DNA from: Hemiscyllium ocellatum
Taxonomy: Eukaryota
Length of the DNA stretch: 64,000 bases
Direction: 5' to 3'
Assembly (NCBI RefSeq): GCF_020745735.1
Contig: NC_083433.1
Span: 6,459,363-6,523,362, forward strand
The notes under the pieces are model-generated. The model saw only the letters and a list, made by a program, of their open reading frames with translations, searched no databases and had not been told where the DNA came from. A program made the translations under genes and the position numbers. This document shows, piece by piece, positions 39,878-51,934 of the stretch (position 1 is its first letter; each line of letters starts with the position of its first letter).

Positions 39878-40470
39878 GAGAAGGTGAGGACTGCAGATGC
39901 TGGAGATCAGAGCTGAAAATATGTTACTGGAAAAGCACAGCAGGTCAGGTAGCATCCAAAGAGCAGGCGATTTGACGTTTCGGGCATAAGCCCTTCTTCA
40001 GGAATGAGGAAAGTTTGTCCAGCAGGCTAAGATAAAAGGTAGGGAGGAGGGACTTGGGGGAAGGGCGTTGGAGAAGTGCTAGGTGGAAGGAGGTCAAGGT
40101 GAGGGTGATAGGCCAGAGGGGGGTGGGGGTGGAGAGGTCAGGAAGAAGATTGCAGGTTAGGAAGGCGGTGCTGAGTTCGAGGGATTTGACTGAACGTGGC
40201 TGAAGAGCTTCTGTGCAGAGGAGATGACCTGGGGTGTGCAGTGAGAGAGGGACTCACTGAAATCCTTGTAGAGGGAGGAAGAGAGCTTCCTCAAGGAAGG
40301 CATCCTTGCAAGAGGATTCGCAGTAGGTTAAAATCTTCGAGGAGAAAGTGAGGATTGCAGATGCTGGAGATAAGAGCTGAAAATGTGTTGCTGGAAAAGC
40401 GCAGTGGGTAAGGCAGCATCCAAACAGCAGGAGAATCGACGTTTCTCCTCCCACCAACACATTTTCAGCT
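39878..40470 (-). mobile_element. Penelope-like family B insertion (partial tandem pLTR) inside a LINE fragment
   Basis: 16-bp TSD CTGTTGGGAGTCAGAG (39862-39877, 40471-40486), with the empty site at ~58707-58722. Hammerhead core at 40005-39970. Confidence 0.85.
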
Positions 40471-40572
40471 CTGTTGGGAGTCAGAGATTAGTTACTTGCT
40501 GCAGGATCCCTAGCCTCTCTGAATTTATCTGAACAGTCCCGTTCATATTCTGGTCAGTGGTAATCCCAAGAT

Positions 40573-41735
40573 GTTGTGGTTCTGTTCGCCAAGCTGGAAG
40601 TTTTTGCTGCAAACGTTTCGTTCCCTGGCTAGGGAACATCATCAGTGCTTTTGGAGCCTCCTGTGAAGCGCTGCTTTGATGTTTCTTCCGGTATTTATAG
40701 TGGTTTGTTCTTGCCGCTTCCGGGTGTCAGTTTCAGCTGTAGTAGTTTGTATGTGGGGTCCAGGTCAATGTGTCTGTTGATGGATGTTCTTGCCGCTTCC
40801 GGGTGTCAGTTTCAGCTGTAGTAGTTTGTATGTGGGGTCCAGGTCGATGTGTCTGTTGATGGATGTTCTTGCCGTTTCCGGGTGTCAGTTTCAGCTGTAG
40901 TGGTTTGTATATTGGGTCCAGGTCCATGTGTCTGTTAATGGAGTTAGTGGATGAATGCCATGCCTCTAGGAATTCCCTGGCTGTTCTCTGTCTGGCTTGT
41001 CCTATGATGGTAGTGTTTTCCCAGTCAAATTCATGTTCCTGGTTGTCTGAGTGTATGGCTACTAGGGATAGCTGGTCGTGTCGTTTTGTGGCTAGCTGAT
41101 GTTCATGGATGCGGATTGTTAGCTGTCTTCCTGTTTGTCCTATATAGTGTTTTGTGCAGTCCTTGCATGGTATTTTATAAACTACATTAGTTTGGCTCGT
41201 GCTGGCTATTGGGTCCTTTGTTCTAGTGAGTTGTTGTCTGAGTGTGGAAGTTGGCTTGTGTGCTGTTATGAGTCCTAAGGGTCGCAGTAGTCTGGCTGTC
41301 AGTTCTGAGACGCTCCTGACGTATGGTAGTGTGGCTAGTCCTTTTGGTTGTGGCATGTCCTCGTTCCGTGGTCTATCTCTTAGGCATCTGGTGATAAAGT
41401 TGCATGGGTATCCGTTTTTGGCGAATACCTTGTATAGGTGTTCCTCTTCCTCTTTTCGCAGTTCTAGTGTACTGCAGTGTGTTGTGGCTCTTTTGAATAG
41501 TGTCCTGATGCAGCTTCGTTTGTGTGTGTTGGGGTGGTTACTTTAATAGTTTAGGACTTGGTCTGTGTGTGTTGGTTTCCTGTGTACCCTTGTGGTGAAT
41601 TCTCCGTTGGGTGTTCTCTATACTAACACGTCTAGGAATGGGAGTTGGCTATCCTTTTCCTCTTCTCTCGTGAATCGTATTCCTGTGAGTGTGGCGTTGA
41701 TGATTCGGTGTGTTTTTTCTATTAATTTTTCTGTT
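40573..41735 (-). mobile_element. Penelope-like element family A (RT thumb + GIY-YIG endonuclease, 5'-truncated)
   Basis: ORF 41356-40733 contains NVVYKIPCKDCTKHYIGQTGRQLTIRIHEH. Approx. TSD TAATCCCARGA, empty site at ~58797-58810. Hammerhead at 40648-40609 and ~80-bp internal repeats. Confidence 0.92.
40609..40648 (-). ncRNA. Minimal type-I hammerhead ribozyme motif (PLE family A)
   Basis: Identical to the motif at 19727-19766. Confidence 0.8.
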
Positions 41736-42944
41736 TAATCCCAGGACATTGATAGTGGGGGATTCTTGGTAATGTTATTGAATGTCATGGGGTAATGGTT
41801 AGATTCTCCTTTAGTGGAGGTGGCCATTGCCTGGTACTTGTATGGCTCAAATATAAATTGTCAGTTGTCAGCCTGAACTGACAAATTGTCCAATCCTTAC
41901 CGTATATAGAAATTGACCGCTTCACTTTATGAGAAATTATAAGCTACTTTGTAAAAGCAGTTGAGAAATAAAACCAGAACATGCTGGAGAGTCTCCGTGG
42001 GTCTGGCCGAATCTGTGGGAGGAAGCATAAAGTTAATGTTGAGTCCAATGACTGAGTCAAAATGTGACTCAAATTATTAACTCTGTTTCTCTCTCCAAAG
42101 AGGCTGGCAGCTCTGCTGAGATTCTTCAGCAATTTCTGCTGTGGTTCCAGATTTCCATTTTCTGTGGGATTTTGATTTTTTTTAATCAAAATGGTTCAAT
42201 TCCAGGGTGAGGTGGAGATGTGTTCCCTTTGATTAACCTCAGTGTTAGATAGGCCTGACAGAGTGGCTTTAATTCACATCTGGAGCCACCAATAACATCT
42301 CACTGAGAAGCCTCTTGTGAAAGATGCCTGTGGGCACAGTTGATGTGTCTGACCAGAAACTGTATTCGTGTATTTACGCTCGTTCTGGTCAAAAACGATC
42401 CAACACGTATTGATATCCAGCGGTCACAAAGACCTTATCCAAATGGATGGACATCACATGGTCACTCAATGATCATCAGAGACTTTGAAAAATGCCTTTG
42501 GATACTGGCTCTGGGGGTAACTATTGACTGATGCTTTATCTAAGATTACATTGAATTTAGTATCCCTAATTTATTCGGGAGCAGGGATGGGGATAGATTC
42601 AAAACAAAATCAAGGTGGTGAAAAACAAACTCCTACAGATGATTTTCGTCACAATGACAGAGATGAAATAGGACTGTAAATATCTTTGTGAGCTACAAGG
42701 ACATAAATATCTAACTTTGTTACCGTTCCCATCAAATTCCTAACATTCTATTCTATGGGATATGGATAATGGCCAGGCCAGCATTTACCCCATCCCTAGA
42801 GCCAATCATATTGCTGTTTGTGAGTCTGGCGTCCCGTGTAGGCCAGCTCAGGTAAGGACAGCAGATTTCTTTCCCTGAAGAGCACTTGTGTACCAGGTCG
42901 GGATTCTCCCTGACAATGGACAACAACTTCATGGTCACCGAATG

Positions 42945-43185
42945 TGGTGCTGGAAAAGCACAGCAGGTCAGGCAGCATCCGAGGAGCAGGGGAATTGATG
43001 TTTGGGGTATGAGCCCTCCATCAGGATGAAAGGCTGATACCCAAAATGTCGACTCGAGGGCCGATGGGCCTATACTGCACTGTAACGTTCTCCTGCTCCT
43101 CGAATGCTGCCTGACCTGCTGTGCTTTTCCAGCACCACACGTTTTGACTCTGAGCCCCAGCATCTGCATTCCTCACTTTCTCCTA
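42945..43185. mobile_element. Palindromic PLE family B-derived short element (paralogue at ~60140-60378)
   Basis: Inverted arms GTGGTGCTGGAAAAGCACAGCAGGTCAGGCAGCATC / ATGCTGCCTGACCTGCTGTGCTTTTCCAGCACCAC, with decayed hammerhead cores between them. Confidence 0.75.
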
Positions 43186-44561
43186 ACAGCTCCATGATCC
43201 TCTTTGAATGGATTCCAGATTTTTATCGAATACAAATTCGACCAGCTGCAATGGCTGGATTTGAACACTACCCCCCTCCCCCCCGATCTCATGCTGATGG
43301 CATTAGGTCATCACCTTCACTGCCTTAGACAGCGGCTAACTGCCATCAGCATCTCCATCCACGTGTACAGGATGGTGAAAGAAATGGAGATAAGCAGAAG
43401 GTACATCTCGTGATGAAGTACTACAAAGCACCTAAATACAACGGTAACATCATTGGAAACCCTTACTATTGGTTTGCTGAACTGACTGAAGAGAAAAATA
43501 TTTGGATGTGGAGGAGGGTGAAGGTGAAGCATTTACTTCTGTCCACATTGAATTCACAATGCCCTATCTCAACTGGTTAATGGAGCACTGTTCCACAGAC
43601 TCCACTCCTGCCAATATCTTAACTTGGCTGCTGTTGAGGTGTACTTGTCTAGGTTATAGAGAGGAGTTTATTTCAAATAGTGAACATTATGGCTGTGTTC
43701 AGCATTATCCAAGCAGCCACTCTTGCAGGTTCTCACGGTGTAGGGTTAAATTTCCCCAGTGAGTCTAATGCAGTAATTGTGGATTGGAGAGAGGGCCTAG
43801 GGCCATATGTTAAGATTACTGTGACATTCCACAGATTCACCAACTTTTCAGATCACCTAAACCGGGAAAGCTCTAAAGTAGACAAAAAAAAAATTCCAAC
43901 CTTGCATATTAGACAATATTAACAGGACAGTATCCTCACCACTTCAAGCACAGTTTAATGAGCTATGGAGATAAGCCTCCAGGCTTTGCTTCTAAGAAAA
44001 CCAGCAAGTTTAATACAGTCGTGATTTCAGAGAGAACTTACTGTGAAACTTGCTCTAATTTAGGATGCAAGGAGTGGGGAAGTTGGTTATGGATTTGACA
44101 AACCAAAACAGCTGAGGTTTTAGTCTAACTGGTGATGGTCAGATAGTGTTAGCAAAGTTATTAACAGCAGCACTGGCCCTTGTACTTGTCTACAGACAAA
44201 GTTCGTAAAATTCCTCTTGTAGATCAGACTCTGGTAATGCCAGTCTCCCCCCGTAATGGGGTAAACAGTTGCTCCATAAAGCCTGGTCTTATACCCACAC
44301 CACATATTTGGCGTCAGATGAAGTAATTTGGACTGGATTTAATTATTGATCTGGATCAAGAGATCCTCTGATAGCAAGTCCCAGCACAGACCTATGTACA
44401 CAGTTTGACCTACTAGGCAGCAAAACCAATCCAACAATGAACAGTTTATTTACAATTGGTACATTCCATCAATCCCAGGACAGTGAGCTACTTCCACAGC
44501 TTCACATTCTATAGAACTCATTCATAGAGAAAACAACAAAGTCTTGCTCCCTGCAGTCAGT

Positions 44562-46290
<1,729 letters not shown>

Positions 46291-46699
46291 CTTCCCTATT
46301 CCCACACTCTATCACCTAGACAACTGTAGAACTAAGCCTCTCAGCCACCAGCTCTTCTATTTATCCTCCTAGGACATCCTGCACCCAACAGGGAGTGGCA
46401 GCACCAATGATGATTGATGATCCCCAATAGCCTATCAGGAATCACCATGCATATAAGCATCAATGAACAAAGGAAGAGGGGTTTGGCAAGGAGCCATAAC
46501 CTAGAGCCAATCAGAGATTTGGAATCAATCTTGCGATCATTGCTTATAGATGAATAGATCCTGAACAAACTCCTAACTTTCTGTTTGTCTATGGATGGAT
46601 AAGAATGAGTTTGAACAATCTGACCTAAACTGGTTCTTCTGCTTTATGGTCCAGTTTCTCTGAGGTTTCACACAATGACATCGGGTTCCATTACAGATG

Positions 46700-46915
46700 G
46701 AGAAAGTGAGGACTGGAGATCAAAGTCGAGAGTGTGGTGCTAGAAAAACGCAGCCGGCCAGGCAGCATCTGAGGAGCAGGTGAACAGATGTTTTGGGCAA
46801 AATCCCAGTAAGGCTTATGAAGGGCTTGATGAAGCCTGATTGAAGGGCTTATGCTCGAAATGTCGATTCTCTTTCTCGGACACTGTCTGACCTGCTGTGT
46901 TTTTCCAGCACCATA
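46700..46915. mobile_element. Palindromic PLE family B-derived short element
   Basis: GGAGAAAGTGAGGACTG...GCAGCATC arm and GGGCTTATGCTCGAAATGTCGATTC...CTGACCTGCTGTG arm. Confidence 0.7.
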
Positions 46916-47368
46916 ATGTTGTCTCTAGCCAGACTACCGTTGGAGTACTGGGAACAGTTTTGGCCCCTGATCTAAAAAAGGGTTGGAGGCAGTCCAGAAA
47001 AGTATCACTAGGCTGATCCTATGGAAGGACTCTCTCATGAAGAGACAGTTGAGTGGGTCAGAATAATGAGAAAAGACATTACCTGTAACATGTGTTTCTT
47101 CAGGAGGTTGACAGAGTGGATGCAGAGACGGTGGTTCCCCTTGTGAGAGTGACCAGCACAAGAGAGCATCATCTCAGAGTAAGACATCACCAGTTGAAGA
47201 TAGATAAGGAGAAATTTCTCCCAATCCCTTCTGAATCTATGGAATTCTTTCTTGCAGAGGGCTGTTAAGGATGGGTTGAGATAGGTTTTTAAGTTTGTAA
47301 TGATCAAAGTTTACGGAGACAAACGAGAATATGGAGATGAGGATTATCAGATCAGTGGGGTGGCTCCC

Positions 47369-47479
47369 AATATTACACCCTCCCAAGAGGGACAATTCAA
47401 ACTGGATTGAAGCCACCTGAATAGCAAGCTCTCAGGATAAACTGTTCCTTTTTATTGTGGTAATGGGTTTTCCACAACA
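47369..47479 (+). repeat. ~110-bp direct repeat, second copy at 54743-54852
   Basis: AATATTACACCCTCCCAAGAGGGACAATTCAAACTGG...TTTTCCACAACA, with about three differences between copies. Confidence 0.9.
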
Positions 47480-47644
47480 TGTGGCTGTCAGACCCAGTGG
47501 GCTGAATAAGCTCCCTCTGCTCCTATTCGTTGGGACTCACTGATTTCACAATCACTACCTGCAAAGTGAGAATGGGGATGGGTGTGAAAACAAAGAGGCT
47601 GCAACGTTTTTGCATTTTTATTGTTTCACAAAGGCATCGGGTGA

Positions 47645-47720
47645 TTCGGTGGCTCATTGGTTAGCACTGCTGCCTCACAGCACCAGGGACCCTCAGGCAA
47701 CAGTTTGTGTGGAGTTTACA
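47645..47720 (+). mobile_element. 5' half of a SINE split by the CR1 insertion (3' half at 53167-53415)
   Basis: ...GTGTGGAGTTTACA | CR1 | TACACATTCTCTCTGTGTCTGCGTG rejoins into the SINE consensus. Confidence 0.8.
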
Positions 47721-48367
47721 GGCGGTGGAATGTTCCTCCTGCAGGATGTTTGAGGTAGGGGTGACCACCGATACTCCTGCCGACTTCGTCTGCAGGAAAT
47801 GCAGTCAGATCCTGCTCCTCACCGAACGAGTTAGGAAACTGGAACTGGAGTTGGATGAACTGAGGATTATTCGAGAGGCTGAGAGGGTGATTGATAGAAG
47901 TTACAGGGACATAGTTATGCCAGAGAACAGAGGTAGCTGGGTAACAGTTAGAGGTGGGAAAGGGAAGAAGCAGGCAGTGCAGGGTTCCCCTGTGGTCGTT
48001 CCCCTAAAAAATAGGTATACAGCTTTAGAAACTGTTGGGGGGGACAGCCTTGCAGATGTAAGCTGCAGTGAAGGGGTCTGTGGCGTGAGATCTGTCTCTG
48101 AGACTAAGAAGGGAAAGGGGGAGAGCAGGAGAGCGCTAGTTATAGGAGACTCTCTAGTTAGAGGGACGGACAGGCGGTTCTGTGGACATGGGCGAGACTC
48201 TTGAATGGTTTGTTGCCTCCCAGGTGCCAGGGTCCGAGACGTCTCGGACCGTGTCTTCAGAATCCTTAAGGGGGAGGGTGTGCAGCCAGAAGTCGTGGTA
48301 CACATTGGCACCAACGACATAGGTAGGAAGAGGGGTGGGGAGGTCATTCAAGAACTCAGGGAGTTAG

Positions 48368-48689
48368 ATTAGATTAGATTACTTACAGTGTGGAAACAGG
48401 CCCTTCGGCCCAACAAGTCCACACCGACCCGCCGAAGCGCAACCCACCCATACCCCTACATTAACCCCTTACCTAACACTACGGGCAATTTAGCATGGCC
48501 AATTCACCTGGCCCGCACATCTTTGGACTGTGGGAGGAAACCGGAGCACCCGGAGGAAACCCACGCAGACACGGGGAGAACGTGCAAACTCCACACAGTC
48601 AGTCGCCTGAGTCGGGACTTGAACCCGGGTCTCAGGCGCTGTGAGGCAGCAGTGCTAACCACTGTGCTAACCACTGTGCCACCGTGCCG
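48368..48689 (-). mobile_element. Young HE1/V-SINE-like SINE inserted in CR1 ORF1
   Basis: CpG-rich intact copy with an (ATTAG)n tail and a duplicated GTGCTAACCACT. Removing it restores the ORF1 reading ..LRELGWKLKAR... Confidence 0.9.
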
Positions 48690-50705
48690 GCTGGAAGCTA
48701 AAAGCTAGGACAGACAGAGTTGTCATCTCTGGGTTGTTGCCGGTGCCACGTGACAGTGAGGCAAGGAATAGGGAGAGAGTGCAGTTGAACACGTGGCTGC
48801 AAGGATGGTGTAGGAGGGAGGGCTTAAGGTATTTGGACAATTGGACTGCATTCTGGGGAAGGTGGGACCTGTACAAACAGGACGGGTTGCACCTGAACCA
48901 GAAGGGCACCAATATCCTGGGGGGTAGGTTTGCTAGCACTCTTTGGGAGGTGTTTAAACTAATTTGGCAGGGGGATGGGATCCGGACTTGTAGTCCAGCA
49001 AGTAAGCTAGCTGTGTTTCAGGATGTCCAAGAATGTAGGGAGGCTGTGGAGAAGGTAGCACTGACAGGGAATACTTGCAGACACAGAGATGGGCTCAAGT
49101 GCGTATACTTCAACACAAGAAGTATCAGAAATAAGGTGGGTGAACTTAAGGCATGGATCGGTACCTGGGACTACGATGTTGTGGCCATCACGGAAATGTG
49201 GATAGATGAGGGACAGGAATGGTTGTTGGAGGTTCCTGGTTACAGATGTTTCAGTAAGATTAGGGAGGGTGGTAAAAAAGGAGGGGGGGGGTGGCATTGC
49301 TAATTAGAAATGGTATAACAGCTGCAGAAAGGAAGTTTGAGGGGGATCTGCCTTTGGAGGTAGTATGGGCTGAAGTCAGAAATAGGAAAGGAGCAGTCAC
49401 CTTGTTGGGTGTTTACTATAGGCCCCCCAATAGCAGCAGAGATGTGGAGGAACAGATTGGGAAACAGATTTTGGAAAGGTGCAGGAGCCACAGGGTCGTA
49501 GTCATGGGCGACTTCAACTTCCCAAATATTGATTGGAAGCTCTTTAGATCAAGTAAATTGGATGGGGCGGTGTTTGTGCAGTGTGTCCAGGAAGCTTTTC
49601 TAACTCAGTATGTAGATTGTCCAATCAGAGGGGAGGCCATATTGGATTTGGTACTCGGTAATGAGCCGGGACATGTGATGGGCTTGTTAGTGGGTGAACA
49701 TTTTGGTGATGGTGACCACAATTCTGTGACTTTCACCTTGGTTATGGAGAGAGATAGGTGCGCACAACAGGGTAGATTTTACAATTGGGGGAAGGGAAAT
49801 TACGATGCTGTAAGACAGGATTTGAGGAGCATAAATTGGAAGCATAGGCTGTCAGGGAAGGATGTGGTGGAAATGTGGAAATTTTTCAAGGAGCAGATAC
49901 GACGCATCCTTGATATGTATGTACCTATCAGGCAGGAAAGAAATGGTCGTGTGAGGGAGCCTTGGTTGACGAGGGAGGTTGAATGTCTAGTAAAGAGGAA
50001 GAAGGAGGCTTACATAAGGTTGAGGAAACAGGGTTCAGACAGAGCAGTGGAGGGATACAGGATAGCCAGAAGGGACCTGAAGAAAGGGATTAGGAGAGCT
50101 AAGAGAGGGCATGAAAAATCCTTGGCGGATAGGATCAAGGATAACCCCAAGGCATTTTATGCGTATGTGAGAAACACGAGAATGACGAGAACGAGGGTAG
50201 GTCCGATCAAGGACAGTAGTGGGAGATTGTGTATTGAGTCGGAAGAGATAGGAGAGGTCTTGAACAAGTACTTTTCTTCAGTATTTACAAACGAGAGGGA
50301 CCGTATTGTTGAAGAGGAGAGTGTGAAACGGACTGGTAAGCTAGAAGAGATACTTGTTAGGAAGGAAGGTGTGTTGGACATTTTGAACAACTTGAGGATA
50401 GACAAGTCCCCCGGGCCTGACTGGATATATCCTAGGATTATGTGGGAAGCAAGAGAGGAAATTGCAGTACCGTTGGCAATGATCTTTTCGTCTTCACTGT
50501 CAACGGGGGTGGTACCAGGGGACTGGAGAGTAGCGAATGTCGTGCCCCTGTTCAAAAAAGGGAATAGGGATAACCCCGGGAATTACAGGCCAGTTAGTCT
50601 TACTTCTGTGGTAGGCAAAGTAATGGAAAGGGTACTGAGGGATAGGATTTATGAGTATCTGGAAAGACACTGCTTGATTAGGGACAGCCAGCATGGATTT
50701 GTGAA

Positions 50706-51934
50706 TCTACTATAAACCGACTGACTCCCACGGCTATCTGGACTACACCTCCTCCCACCCTGCCCCCTGCAAAAACTCCATCCCATATTCCCAATTCCTT
50801 CGTCTCCGCCGCATCTGCTCCCAGGAGGACCAGTTCCAACACCGCACAGCCCAGATGGCCTCCTTCTTCAAGGACCGCAGATTCCCCCCAGACGTGATCG
50901 ACGATGCCCTCCACCGCATCTCCTCCACTTCCCGCTCCTCCGCCCTTGAGCCCCGCTCCTCCAACCGCCACCAAGACAGAACCCCACTGGTTCTCACCTA
51001 CCACTCCACCAACCCCCGCATACAACGTATCATCCGCCGTCATTTCCGCCACCTCCAAACGGACCCCACCACCAGGGATATATTTCCCTCCCCTCCCCTA
51101 TCAGCGTTCCGCAAGGACCACTCCCTTCGTGACTCCCTCGTCAGATCCACACCCCCCACCAACCCAACCTCCACCCCCGGCATCTTCCCCTGCAACCGCA
51201 GGAAATGTAAAACTTGCGCCCACACCTCCACACTCACTTCCCTCCAAGGCCCCAAGGGATCCTTCCATATCCGCCACAAGTTCACCTGTACCTCCACACA
51301 CATCATCTATTGCATCCGCTGCACCCGATGTGGCCTCCTCTATATTGGGGAGACAGGCCGCCTACTTGCGGAACGCTTCAGAGAACACCTCTGGGCCGCC
51401 CGGACCAACCAACCCAACCACCCCGTGCCTCAACACTTTAACTCTCCCTCCCACTCCACCGAGGACATGCAGGTCCTTGGACTCCTCCACTGGCAGAACA
51501 TAACAACACGACGGCTGGAGGAGGAGCGCCTCATCTTCCGCCTGGGAACCCTCCAACCACAAGGTATGAATTCAAATTTCTCCAGTTTCCTCATTTCCCC
51601 TCCCCCCACCTTGTCTCAGTCGGTTCCCTCAACTCAGCACCGCCCTCCTAACCTGCAATCTCCTTACTGACCTCTCCGCCCCCACCCCACTCCGGCCTAT
51701 CACCCTCACCTTGACCTCCTTCCACCTATCCCACCTCCATCGCCCCTCCCCCAAGTCCCTCCTCCCTACCTTTTATCTTAGCCTGCTTGGCTACTCTCTC
51801 TCATTCCTGATGAAGGGCTTATGCTCGAAACGTCGAATTCCCTATTCCTGAGATGCTGCCTAACCTGCTGTGCTTTAACCAGCAACACATTTTCAGCTGT
51901 GATCTCCAGCATCTGCAGACCTCATTTTTTACTC
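50706..51934 (+). mobile_element. Penelope-like element family B (RT thumb + GIY-YIG + pLTR) inserted in CR1 ORF2
   Basis: ORF ending at 51670 contains CNRRKCKTC and IIYCIRCTRCGLLYIGETGRLLAERFREH. Removing it restores QHGFV-KGRSCLT (3-nt GAA duplication). Confidence 0.93.
51803..51838 (+). ncRNA. Minimal type-I hammerhead ribozyme motif (PLE family B)
   Basis: ATTC-CTGATGA-A-GGGC-TTAT-GCTC-GAAA-CG-TC^GAAT. Stem I AUUC/GAAU, 4-bp stem II, predicted cleavage after 51834. Confidence 0.82.

Noticed and set aside
49291-50715. 474-aa ORF as a host gene or active LINE
   Set aside because: It is part of CR1 ORF2, broken by frameshifts, a stop codon and a PLE insertion.
50904-51503. Pro-rich 199-aa ORF and neighbouring ORFs
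   Set aside because: Alternative frames of the C-rich Penelope endonuclease region.
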